Assembly (NCBI GenBank): GCA_903879715.1
Contig: CAIRMR010000153.1
Span: forward strand, 3,026 to 67,025
Reading direction: 5' to 3'
Length of the DNA stretch: 64,000 nucleotides
DNA from: an uncultured Bacteroidales bacterium
GTDB taxonomy: Bacteria > Bacteroidota > Bacteroidia > Bacteroidales > UBA4417
Under the pieces are notes generated by a model. The model made no database searches. It was not told the DNA's origin and saw only the letters and a list, made by a program, of their open reading frames with translations. How positions within the stretch are numbered: position 1 is the first letter of the stretch; each line of letters opens with the position of its first letter. The position numbers and the translations under genes were made by a program. Shown piece by piece: positions 9,762 to 19,075 of this stretch.

Positions 9762-11378
9762 TTAAGCATCAATCTTCATGAGATGCTCTTCAAATTCATT
9801 ATTTGAAACGATAGAACGGTTTTTAATTTTTGTTTTATAGGTATAAATAGTATTGACTGAAAAATTTAAAATCTTCGCAATTTTTTCGTTATCGGAAATG
9901 CCCATACGTATCAGGGCAAAAATCCGTAACTCTTTGTTAAGTATCTGCCCTTCTTTTGGTATAAACTGATCTTCGGGATTAAATAGCTTGTTGAATTCGA
10001 TAACGAAGTTTGGGAAAAGGCTCAATACAATCTTATCGAAGTTATTGTTGAGTTCATCCAACTCTTTTTTAGGATCGAGGTCTCTTTTGAGGAAATCATC
10101 CAGATCATCAAATTGACGCGAAATAATTCTACGACTCAGTTTCTTATGGATCTTTTCAATCCGTTCCATGTAATTGGCTGTTACATTGAAATAGTAGCCT
10201 ATGTACTTCTCTTTAATGCGGTTAGCTTCCAAAAGTTTTTTGTTGGTTTCGGAAATGGTTGAGTTGGTGGTTTGGAGCAATTCCTTTACCCGTTTCAACC
10301 TGTAAAACTGAATAGTGCTGATAATCAAAAAGACAACTGCAAGGGCTCCGAGTATCGAAATCAGTATCAGGTAAAGGATCAACTGTTCTTTTTGCTTTTC
10401 GGTTTTGCGAAGTTGTTCTCCTTCAATAATTGGAAGAATGATGCCAACTTCCTTTTTCCGGTGCCTGGCATTGTAAAAATCAGCATCTGCTAATGCAATT
10501 TTTATATAGCGATGTGCCCGCTCAGTATCTCCTTTATCATTGAGCAAATGCGCGAGGTTACGAAGGGCAACAGTTTCCTTTGTGCATGATTTTATATCGG
10601 AAATTGCTGCAATAGCGAGTAAATAGATAGCTTCCTCATTTTTATTCAGGCAAGTATAAATATATCCAAGTGTTGAGGTTATAATGGCACGCTGATGCTC
10701 GGTAATGGTCTTAGTATTGTACAGAAGGTGAAAAGTTTCACGGGCGCTTTCAAACTGCCCGGCTTTTAGTTGTTCGGCGCCGTAAAGTTGGTAGTATTGA
10801 AATGAATTTTCAGGAACAAGAGCTATTGCTTTTTTAAGATAAAAATTACCCTTCCGGTTATAAATTTCTGTAAAAAAGGTCGATCCGTCATAATCAGCCA
10901 AATCGTGATAGGTTCGTCCAAGAATGGAGTAATACTCAATTTGCAAATCTTTATTAAGCTTTTCCAGATTTACCGACATAAGTGTATCGAGCGCTTCCTT
11001 AAATAAACCCGACGACAGGAAAATAAATCCCATTTTGATTTTAGCCGATGAAATTCGCTGAATATCTTTTTGCCTGGTAGCAAGTTCATCGAGATACAGA
11101 ACATATTTAAAAGCCGAGTCGTAAGTATACGATTTGTACTCATTGTAGAGTTTATCTGCCGCAATATATCGTTCTTCAAGCTGTTCATCACCCAGCTGCT
11201 GAAGCTTTATAAGCTCATTTCCTATTTGTTGAATTTTATTATTATCAGTAATAAGGCGCGTAACAAGTGCCTCGTCGAGCTTAAGGAGCATCGAATCGTT
11301 ATTCCAGCTCTGTGCGAACGAGTTGTTAAGTATAAAAAAAAGAAGTAGTATGAATACTATTTTCAGTCGCACTATCAT
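9762..11378 (-). CDS. TPR-repeat / single-TM / C-terminal LuxR-like HTH regulator (DUF6377-type PUL regulator)
   Basis: 538 aa: signal/anchor, TPR-like helical repeats, a TM helix (LILYLILISILGALAVVFLII) and a C-terminal HTH (LRIFALIRMGISDNEKIAKILNFSVNTIYTYKTKIKNR). Confidence 0.75.
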   Translation of the reverse strand: MIVRLKIVFILLLFFILNNSFAQSWNNDSMLLKLDEALVTRLITDNNKIQQIGNELIKLQQLGDEQLEERYIAADKLYNEYKSYTYDSAFKYVLYLDELATRQKDIQRISSAKIKMGFIFLSSGLFKEALDTLMSVNLEKLNKDLQIEYYSILGRTYHDLADYDGSTFFTEIYNRKGNFYLKKAIALVPENSFQYYQLYGAEQLKAGQFESARETFHLLYNTKTITEHQRAIITSTLGYIYTCLNKNEEAIYLLAIAAISDIKSCTKETVALRNLAHLLNDKGDTERAHRYIKIALADADFYNARHRKKEVGIILPIIEGEQLRKTEKQKEQLILYLILISILGALAVVFLIISTIQFYRLKRVKELLQTTNSTISETNKKLLEANRIKEKYIGYYFNVTANYMERIEKIHKKLSRRIISRQFDDLDDFLKRDLDPKKELDELNNNFDKIVLSLFPNFVIEFNKLFNPEDQFIPKEGQILNKELRIFALIRMGISDNEKIAKILNFSVNTIYTYKTKIKNRSIVSNNEFEEHLMKIDA

Positions 11379-11560
11379 AGTTTAATGACAATTTAATCAG
11401 TAGTCAGGCAATAGTATTAAACTCCAGTATGCATTGGATACAGGAGCTTTTATGAATAATATCTTTCGGCGAAAGCAGCAGGAACTACTGCCTCAGAAAT
11501 TAAATATTCAGAAACCAAAAATAGGTATAAAAATTTTATCGGCTATAAGAAATTAAAGGC

Positions 11561-11980
11561 TTATTTCACAATCCTTTTTAGCAGATAATCAACACTCCAT
11601 TTTCCGGATCCAATAAAAAAGAAGGCTACAAAGATCAACAGGAATAAAAATGCATGTTCTCCATCACCGGTTATTTCACCGTGATGAGCAATAAATGCGG
11701 CTACGGCCATAGTAATTACCAAAGGAATAGATACAAACCTGGTAAAAAGTCCCAGCGCAAAAAACAATCCACCGAAAAATTCAGAGCCTTTAGCAAGGTA
11801 GGCCATAAGCAATGGGAAAGGCATTCCCATATCTTTGCTCATGGATTCCCCCATACCATTCATAATCTGTGAGTCGAAAACTATTTTCCCGTGCAGAAGC
11901 ATCAGAATCCCGGTAAAGACCCGGATTATGCTCAAAGCATCTATACCTACAGGATTGACAGATAGCAGTTTTTTGATCAT
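11561..11980 (-). CDS. DoxX family membrane protein
   Basis: ORF 11561..12040; the likely start is the ATG at 11980 (MIKKLLSVNP...). It has four hydrophobic helices and the DoxX-like pattern HGxxK...FGGLFxxLGLFTR. Confidence 0.75.
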   Translation of the reverse strand: MIKKLLSVNPVGIDALSIIRVFTGILMLLHGKIVFDSQIMNGMGESMSKDMGMPFPLLMAYLAKGSEFFGGLFFALGLFTRFVSIPLVITMAVAAFIAHHGEITGDGEHAFLFLLIFVAFFFIGSGKWSVDYLLKRIVK

Positions 11981-12029
11981 AGTAATTAGAAATTTGATAA
12001 TTAAAACCCGGAATATTCCATTATGTTTA

Positions 12030-13040
12030 TTATTCCCCACAATTCCTGCAAATCTCCGTTTCCGACCGGTTTTTCAAAACCTGTCGTCTGAAGGCAGTAT
12101 AATGTTGATTCTTCCAGATTTCGGATAAAGGCTCATCCAAAAGATTACCCATTTGGTGATTTGCATCTTTATCGTAACAACAGGGAACCGCTCTCCCATC
12201 CCAGGTAATTACAAGTGAACTCCATATCCGGTGACAACGGTTCCGGACTTTCCTGGCCATGACCCATTCACCGTCCGTAGTTTGTCTGTAGCGCGATTTT
12301 GATTTCAGAGCTGGAATAATAGTACTTTCAGCATCAAAATTGTAAACCTGGGCCGTTTTAAACGCAAGTTTATCAACACCAGCAAGCGTTGCAAACTCAC
12401 GCATCTCCTGCATCTGATGCTCATTATGCCGCATCACAAGAAATTGCAACTCGATAAATGGCGTGGATGTGTTTGCAGCCTTTTTAGCTGCGACTAACCG
12501 CTTAATTCCGTCAGTAACAATTTGCAAATTCCCTTTGATGCGATACTTCTCATAAGTTTGCTGATCGGTACCATCCATGGAAATTATTAGATGGCTCAAG
12601 CCACTTTCAATAATCTTATTTACATTTTCACCTGTTAAAAAATGGCCATTGGTTGAAGTAGCCACAAAAATCCGGCGTTTTCGTGCTGCTTTAACCATTT
12701 CCGGAAAATCAGGATTCAGCAAGGGTTCACCCTGAAAATAAAGGGTAAGATAAAAAAGATCAGGCGAAAGTTTATCCAGAATCTTAGTGAATTTTTCCAA
12801 TTCCACATTCCCTTTGGGTCGTAAAAGTGATTGCATTCCTGTAGGGCACTCAGGGCAACGCAGGTTACAGGAAGTTGTGGGCTCAATGGATGCTGCCCAG
12901 GGATTTCCTGCAAGTATCGGGATTCGGAATAAGCGGCTCAGGAAAAAACATACCTCAACCAGTATCAAATTTAGAACCTTTCGAAGGTTCATCGAATTTA
13001 ATAACTGTGAATAATAAGGAAACATTTTAAGGAAGCTCAA
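12030..13040 (-). CDS. Radical SAM protein with C-terminal SPASM-type Cys-rich domain
   Basis: CNLRCPECP (CxxxCxxC), a glycine-rich YFQGEPLL motif, and C-terminal cysteines ...RCHRIW...AVPCCYD...ICRNCGE. Confidence 0.8.
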   Translation of the reverse strand: MSFLKMFPYYSQLLNSMNLRKVLNLILVEVCFFLSRLFRIPILAGNPWAASIEPTTSCNLRCPECPTGMQSLLRPKGNVELEKFTKILDKLSPDLFYLTLYFQGEPLLNPDFPEMVKAARKRRIFVATSTNGHFLTGENVNKIIESGLSHLIISMDGTDQQTYEKYRIKGNLQIVTDGIKRLVAAKKAANTSTPFIELQFLVMRHNEHQMQEMREFATLAGVDKLAFKTAQVYNFDAESTIIPALKSKSRYRQTTDGEWVMARKVRNRCHRIWSSLVITWDGRAVPCCYDKDANHQMGNLLDEPLSEIWKNQHYTAFRRQVLKNRSETEICRNCGE

Positions 13041-13042
13041 AA

Positions 13043-14146
13043 TCAGTCGATTTTTGCAGTAAGCTTTTGAACAACCCTGAATTGCTGAAAGAATTCTTTC
13101 GCTATTACCCGCAAAACGGTATAAACGGGAATCGCGAGTAGCATTCCGACTAATCCGGCAAGACTGCCGCCCATAATTATTACGAAAAAGATCTCAAGCG
13201 GATGGGCTTTCACACTTTTTGAATAAATCATCGGAACTAGTATGTTATTATCGATAAAATTAGCCACCAGAAGCACACCACCAAGTTTAGCCAGAACCGA
13301 TAACAAATCATTATACATTCCAGCGGCAAGAGTTCCGGTAATACCCAGTGTTAAAGCGATTAAAGCACCGATCACCGGCCCGATGTAAGGAATGATATTC
13401 ATGATCCCTCCAAAAAAACCAATCAGCAAGGCATTATCAACACCCAGTATCCAAAGCCCGAGAGCAATAATCGACATAACACCAAGCACCTCAAGAATAA
13501 CACCAATAAAATACCGCATCAGCAGGTTTTTGGAATCGGAGATAACCTTACGGGTCGCATCATGCTGTTTTTCAGGAACAAGAAGTAACAGCGTGTTTTC
13601 GAACAAGGTATCGTCTTTCATAAAAAAGAAAGCAATAAAAAGCACTGAAAATAACCCGACAAAAATAGTACCTGCTGCGTTAAAAACTCCATTTATGACC
13701 GATGTTACACTGCCTATATTTACAACTGATTTTGCTTTAATCACAATAAAATCCTGCAATGTTTGCCCGGTTGGGATTACTCCCAAAACACGCAATTCTT
13801 CATCAAGCCAATGTAATGGACCCTCCAGATTTTTAGCCAGCAGATTCACATCAATTTTCGAAATGGTTTGAGCCTGCTGTACAATAAGCGGGACAAAAAT
13901 GGATAACATTCCGAGAAAGCCTATCACTATTGTTACCAGCGCGAGTGCCGTGCTAAGTGAATGCGGAATACTCCACTTTTTAATATGTATCCTGTCGAAA
14001 AACCGTACCAATGGATGCCCTATAAATGAAACCACAGCCGCTATCAGTATCCATACAATCATAAATGAAAACCGCCAGATCATAAAGCCCAATAAAACTA
14101 TCAGTAAAATGTAACCTACATAAGTCAGAACCTTTTTCATAAACAA
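13043..14146 (-). CDS. AI-2E family (PerM/YhhT-like) transporter
   Basis: 367 aa and polytopic. Family-typical segments are IPYIGPVIGA... and LEIFFVIIMGGSLAGLVGMLLAIP. Confidence 0.8.
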   Translation of the reverse strand: MFMKKVLTYVGYILLIVLLGFMIWRFSFMIVWILIAAVVSFIGHPLVRFFDRIHIKKWSIPHSLSTALALVTIVIGFLGMLSIFVPLIVQQAQTISKIDVNLLAKNLEGPLHWLDEELRVLGVIPTGQTLQDFIVIKAKSVVNIGSVTSVINGVFNAAGTIFVGLFSVLFIAFFFMKDDTLFENTLLLLVPEKQHDATRKVISDSKNLLMRYFIGVILEVLGVMSIIALGLWILGVDNALLIGFFGGIMNIIPYIGPVIGALIALTLGITGTLAAGMYNDLLSVLAKLGGVLLVANFIDNNILVPMIYSKSVKAHPLEIFFVIIMGGSLAGLVGMLLAIPVYTVLRVIAKEFFQQFRVVQKLTAKID

Positions 14147-14280
14147 AGTGTTGAGTTACAAATTTAGAAAAAAATGGTCAGATATTGAAAATTAGCGGAA
14201 TATCTGCTGCTGAATAAAAAATCCGGATCTGATAATAACTGCATCCGGATTTAACCTTTTTGGGATATCGTAGTTCTTTA

Positions 14281-14412
14281 AATTTTAAGACCCAGGTCTC
14301 AAATTCAAAGTCTCAAATTCCAAAATCCAAAATCCAGATACTAAACTCCAAAATGTCTTATAGTAAAAGTCTTGGGAATTGAAATTTGGGTTTTGGGTCT
14401 TGGGTCTTTCAA
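14281..14412. repeat. CCAAAAT-type short-period hairpin repeat (family B, copy 2)
   Basis: ...aagacccaggtctcaaattcaaagtctcaaattccaaaatccaaaatcc... faces ...cttgggaattgaaatttgggttttgggtcttgggtc. It has 7-nt periodicity and opens with the same aagaccca motif as copy 1. Confidence 0.75.
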
Positions 14413-14417
14413 AATCC

Positions 14418-15458
14418 TTACTTCACCCAATCCGCAATAAACAAATTGGTATCATGTGACCCATGGTTATTGCGGTTGGATGACCAAACCAGTTTTTTGC
14501 CATCGGGCGAAAACATCGGGAATGCGTTGAAATAACTTACTGATGTTATCTGCTCAATTCCTGTACCATCAAGATTTACCATAAACAGGTGAAAATCATA
14601 GCCTTTGCCAGACTGGTGGTTACTGGAAAAAATGATCTTTTTGCCATCGGGTGTAAAAAACGGTGCCCAGTTAGCTTTACCCAGGTTTGTCACCTGCTTA
14701 AAATCGCTTCCATCTGCATTACAAACACAGATTTCCATATTCGTTGGCATTACAAGACCTTGTGCCAGTAGTTCTTTGTATTCCTTAATATCTTCAGGTG
14801 TTGTCGGTCGTGAAGCACGGAAGACCAGTTTTTTGCTGTCGGGCGAAAAGAACGCGCCTCCATCGTAACCCAATTGATTGGTTACCTGTTTAACATTACT
14901 GCCGTCAATATCGCAGGTATAAAGATCGAGGTCGCCATTGCGGGTTGACGTAAATACAATTTTCTTGCCGTCGGGCGAAACGGTAGCTTCGGCATCATAA
15001 CCAGGCAGATCGGTAAGCTGTTTTACAATATTTCCTTTCAGATCGGCCACAAAAATGTCGAAATCAGGATAAATAGCCCATAGGTATTTATGATCGGCGC
15101 GTGGCTCAGGATTCGGCGGACATTCCTTGCTGCCAAGATGCGTTGATGCATATAAAATCTGTTTATTGCCTGGCATAAAATAGGAACAGGTGGTGCGACC
15201 GAGACCAGTGCTTATCAGAGTAGGACGGTAAGTGCTGTCTTTAGCTGCTTTATCAATATCGAGATTAAAAATCTGGTCGCATTTAAGATCCCATTTTGGA
15301 TTGTTGCATTGAAAAGAAAGGTTTTTACTGTCGAAGCTGAAATAAGCTTCGGCGTTATCGCCACCAAAAGTAAGCTGATGAATGTTTTTCAGGTGTTTTT
15401 CCTGGGCTGTAACTGCGAGTGAAACCAATAAAAGAATTGCAAAAATTGAGTTTTTCAT
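14418..15458 (-). CDS. TolB-like / PD40 beta-propeller periplasmic protein
   Basis: 346 aa with a signal peptide. Repeated SPDGKK(I/L)VF..., FTPDGKKIIFSS and FSPDGKKLVWSS PD40 repeats. Confidence 0.8.
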   Translation of the reverse strand: MKNSIFAILLLVSLAVTAQEKHLKNIHQLTFGGDNAEAYFSFDSKNLSFQCNNPKWDLKCDQIFNLDIDKAAKDSTYRPTLISTGLGRTTCSYFMPGNKQILYASTHLGSKECPPNPEPRADHKYLWAIYPDFDIFVADLKGNIVKQLTDLPGYDAEATVSPDGKKIVFTSTRNGDLDLYTCDIDGSNVKQVTNQLGYDGGAFFSPDSKKLVFRASRPTTPEDIKEYKELLAQGLVMPTNMEICVCNADGSDFKQVTNLGKANWAPFFTPDGKKIIFSSNHQSGKGYDFHLFMVNLDGTGIEQITSVSYFNAFPMFSPDGKKLVWSSNRNNHGSHDTNLFIADWVK

Positions 15459-16371
15459 TGTGTAAGTTAAGAGTTTAATACTGTTTAGAATACAAAGGAT
15501 TTTATAGCCGGAATGTTCATTGAAACAGATATTTTTCCTGAATCGGAATGATTTTTTTCACTATAAACCAGGAAATTTTTCAATTTTAACAAATGAGCTA
15601 TAGCCCGGAGGAAAATTAAAAATATTCCCTGTCATGAAGGCCGAGGCTAAGGGGTTTGATTGTATTTGCATTAATTATTCACTGCCATCTGCATTCCATC
15701 CTGATGATGATTAGGAACAACCATAAATACGACGTTATCCAGGGATTATAAAATTCCCCGATCAGTTGTATTGCGTACAACTGAAAAATCTGAGTAAAAG
15801 CCTGTGTTGGGCCAACATTCTTGGAATGCATTGATAAAGTCGCCAGCACAAAAACCTTATTTTCAGCAATGAGAGAATCCCGCTCAGAATCCTTCATTCT
15901 CCAATCCAACGCTAATTAATGGTTGATGTATTTGCAACGATCAAATTTTGACAAGTTTTCAGGCGACGGTATAAATACCAGGTACCTCTTTTTGCCCATG
16001 GGCGTTTCACCAATTTCTTTCAAAAGCACTCTCGGTGAAGCCTCATCCAGTTGCCGGCAATAAGCTATCAATTAATCATAGCTGAATAAATAACAAGTTT
16101 AAACCTGGTTCAAATCCATAAATTTCAAGAGGAGATTTTGTCGTTTGAGCTTGCATAGTTTTTTAGGGGAAAATCAATACAACCGGAATAAAGGAAAAGA
16201 TTAAAAGTGTGCTTCTCATGGTAGAACGGTCAATGGGAATGGTTGTTTGAACATCAGAATTTTCGTGAAGCTCTCAAAAAACGCAGGACGAGAGTGTATG
16301 GCAAGTTAATGCCATTTTGAAGGAAAATGCAAATAGAAGAAAGTAAATCAGTTATCTAAATAACACTAATT

Positions 16372-17841
16372 TCAAAACTGAAAATATATAAATGGCTGTA
16401 TCTCTGAAGATTTGATCTGAATTACTATAAAAACAATAACAACCAGGTATGCTACTTTCAGCACAAAAGGCGACTTAACCACTAACGACTGTACACGGCT
16501 CTCAACGCCGGAAGGAATAAAATGCAGGATATATCCAAGCACCATCAGCATTAATACGTATGGATAACCTTTTATAAAATCGGCCAGTATTCCGGGATGA
16601 AAATCGGTGGTTATCTGTGTAAGCATTGCACTAACAACTTCCATATTATCCGCTCTGAAATATATCCAGGCAAAACACACAAAATGGAAAGTGATCAGAA
16701 CTCCCAGTATCCGGGTAAGTTTAGTTTTAGGAATACTGAAGATTGAATTAATGAATTTCTCAAATGCTAAACCAATGCCATGCAAAGCTCCCCAGATTAC
16801 AAACCGAAGTGCCGCACCATGCCACAATCCACCAATCAGCATAGTGATCATCAGGTTGATATAAGTCCGGATCTTGCCTTTGCGGTTTCCGCCAAGTGAA
16901 ATATACAAATAGTCACGCAGCCAACTGGAAAGGGAAATATGCCAGCGCCGCCAAAACTCGGTAATACTTGCCGATTGATAAGGCGAATCGAAGTTGACCG
17001 GGAGTTTATATCCCAGCAACAACGCAATTCCAATTGCCATATCGGTATACCCCGAAAAATCGCAGTAAATCTGCAGCGCGTATCCATAAACGCCAAACAG
17101 GTTTTCTAGACCGGTATACAATCCGGGATTATCGAAAATTCTGTCGACAAAATTCAGGCTGATATAATCGGAAATAACCGCCTTTTTGAACAGTCCGATG
17201 CAGATTAGAAAAATAGCTTTGCCGAAATCCTCTTTGGTAACATAAGGGATTTTTCGTACCTGAGGCAGAAAAACTGAAGCCCTGACAATCGGCCCGGCAA
17301 CCATTTGCGGAAAAAACGTTACAAAAAAAGCAAATTCCGAAATATTTTTAACCGGCTCTATAATACGGCGATAGATATCAATGGTATAACTCAGACTTTG
17401 GAACGTGAAGAATGAAATCCCGACAGGTAAAAAGATATTCAAAGGATCGAAAGGCTTATTAGCTACATCATACAAAATACTAAGAAAGAAATTTGTGTAC
17501 TTGAAATAAACCAGCATTCCGATATTCACAATCAAACTCAAAACCAGGAATAAAACCCGTTTTTGCTTAATTTCGGTGCGGGCAATCTGTTTAGCAAGGT
17601 TGTAATCCACTACCGCAGTAATGACCAACAGTATGAAATACAGTCCGCTGGATTTATAATAAAAGAAGATTGAAAACAGCGTTAGGTAAATATTTTTAAG
17701 CGTATTATGCTTATATACAATACTGTACACAGCTATAAACCCCAGGAAGAGGAATAAAAAGAAACCGCTGCTGAAAATCATCGGCTCCTTTGGGTTGTAA
17801 ACGAACTCCAGTAAAAGTTTATGAAAATCAATCTGCTGCAT
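16372..17841 (-). CDS. MBOAT family O-acyltransferase (AlgI/DltB-like)
   Basis: 489 aa and polytopic. Carries the conserved FWRRWHISLSSWLRDYLYISLGGNRKG block with the catalytic His. Confidence 0.9.
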   Translation of the reverse strand: MQQIDFHKLLLEFVYNPKEPMIFSSGFFLFLFLGFIAVYSIVYKHNTLKNIYLTLFSIFFYYKSSGLYFILLVITAVVDYNLAKQIARTEIKQKRVLFLVLSLIVNIGMLVYFKYTNFFLSILYDVANKPFDPLNIFLPVGISFFTFQSLSYTIDIYRRIIEPVKNISEFAFFVTFFPQMVAGPIVRASVFLPQVRKIPYVTKEDFGKAIFLICIGLFKKAVISDYISLNFVDRIFDNPGLYTGLENLFGVYGYALQIYCDFSGYTDMAIGIALLLGYKLPVNFDSPYQSASITEFWRRWHISLSSWLRDYLYISLGGNRKGKIRTYINLMITMLIGGLWHGAALRFVIWGALHGIGLAFEKFINSIFSIPKTKLTRILGVLITFHFVCFAWIYFRADNMEVVSAMLTQITTDFHPGILADFIKGYPYVLMLMVLGYILHFIPSGVESRVQSLVVKSPFVLKVAYLVVIVFIVIQIKSSEIQPFIYFQF

Positions 17842-19075
17842 ACCTCAAATAGCTGTCAATTAATGCCTTAAATAATAATGATCCTTGCAGAGTGTATCCT
17901 TGTTTATTGTAATGCACTCCGTCTTTTTGTATCATAGCCGCCTTTTTCCATTCACTGCATGAACCAAAACCTCCGCTGATTCCATACATATCCCAACACG
18001 CAACATGTTCCTGTTCAGCACTTTGCTTTAAAGCACGCTGAACTGCTTCCAGGTAAGGATTTTTATATTTTTTACGAAAATAATCATCTGCTGGTGTAGC
18101 TATCAATATACAGGTTCCCGGATTTACGGATTTGATGCTTTGCACCATTAAGGTTACGGAAGCAATTACCTCATCCACAGTCACTTTTATATTTGCGCCT
18201 TCGTTAGTACCTAATGAAACAATGACCAGATCAGGTTTTAAAACTTTTAATTGCGCGTAGAATAGCGGTGAATTATTATAATCGCTGAAATGAGCACCAT
18301 TAATGCCTACGCTGTTGTACAAAATTCCAGGTTTGTTGTTTGTAAGCACCAATCCATTAACAGTAGCTGAACTTTGTCCAACCTCAGTTTGTTCAGCTTG
18401 TATGCGGACATAATTTGTGGGATGCTCAAACCGGACTGATGTGGTGATTTCGCCAGGTTCTATTGGGCTGGCTGACATAAGGTAGCCAAATTTAGGGGGT
18501 GAATCGGTAAATCGACAGTCAAATTGAAGTGAATCTTTGGTATGAATTAATGTTACCTGGTCGAAAGCATAATCCAGGTCGTCGTGATTTAGGGTTGTGA
18601 TATCAAAATAAACACCTGTTTGATTTGCAGACATTGCTATTCCTGATATTCCAGGTTCAGGGTACCGGTTTGCGCTGTTTATTTTTGCAACTGTCCAGCC
18701 GGCATTTGTTGACGAACGGTAATCATTTGGTTCGTTTGTGCCGGCAACCCTGAGCGGAAATACTAATCCGCGTCCGGCGTTACCAAACTTTTGTTGAAAG
18801 TCTTTCCGGACTTCACGCGTAAGGAAATCAGCCTGAATATGCGAATCTCCTATATGCAGAATGCTAACCTGGTTTGTATCTCCATTTTCGAGTTTGAGTA
18901 ATTTTTCGAAAAACGGAACCAGATGAGTTGCATTTATGAGGGTATCAGCTTCGTAATTAATAAACGAAAATTCAACAGCACCAAGGGTATCAGCATCAAT
19001 CTCCTGCCCTTTTAATCCAAGGGAGATGAACAATATTAGTATGATCGTTAAAAAACTATTTCGCAATGGCCGCAA
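17828..19075 (-). CDS. SGNH/GDSL-like hydrolase-fold protein (acyl-transfer partner of MBOAT)
   Basis: 415 aa with a signal peptide. Contains ILHIGDSH (GDS block), LGTNE and a DGVHYN block. Its stop overlaps the MBOAT start by 14 nt. Confidence 0.75.
   Translation of the reverse strand: MRPLRNSFLTIILILFISLGLKGQEIDADTLGAVEFSFINYEADTLINATHLVPFFEKLLKLENGDTNQVSILHIGDSHIQADFLTREVRKDFQQKFGNAGRGLVFPLRVAGTNEPNDYRSSTNAGWTVAKINSANRYPEPGISGIAMSANQTGVYFDITTLNHDDLDYAFDQVTLIHTKDSLQFDCRFTDSPPKFGYLMSASPIEPGEITTSVRFEHPTNYVRIQAEQTEVGQSSATVNGLVLTNNKPGILYNSVGINGAHFSDYNNSPLFYAQLKVLKPDLVIVSLGTNEGANIKVTVDEVIASVTLMVQSIKSVNPGTCILIATPADDYFRKKYKNPYLEAVQRALKQSAEQEHVACWDMYGISGGFGSCSEWKKAAMIQKDGVHYNKQGYTLQGSLLFKALIDSYLRYAAD

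Noticed and set aside
16095-16125. A tRNA-like T-loop motif, GGTTCAAATCC.
   Set aside because: The flanking bases do not form a T-stem (cctgg versus ccata), and no acceptor or anticodon arms can be drawn. It is not a tRNA gene and is at most a fragment.
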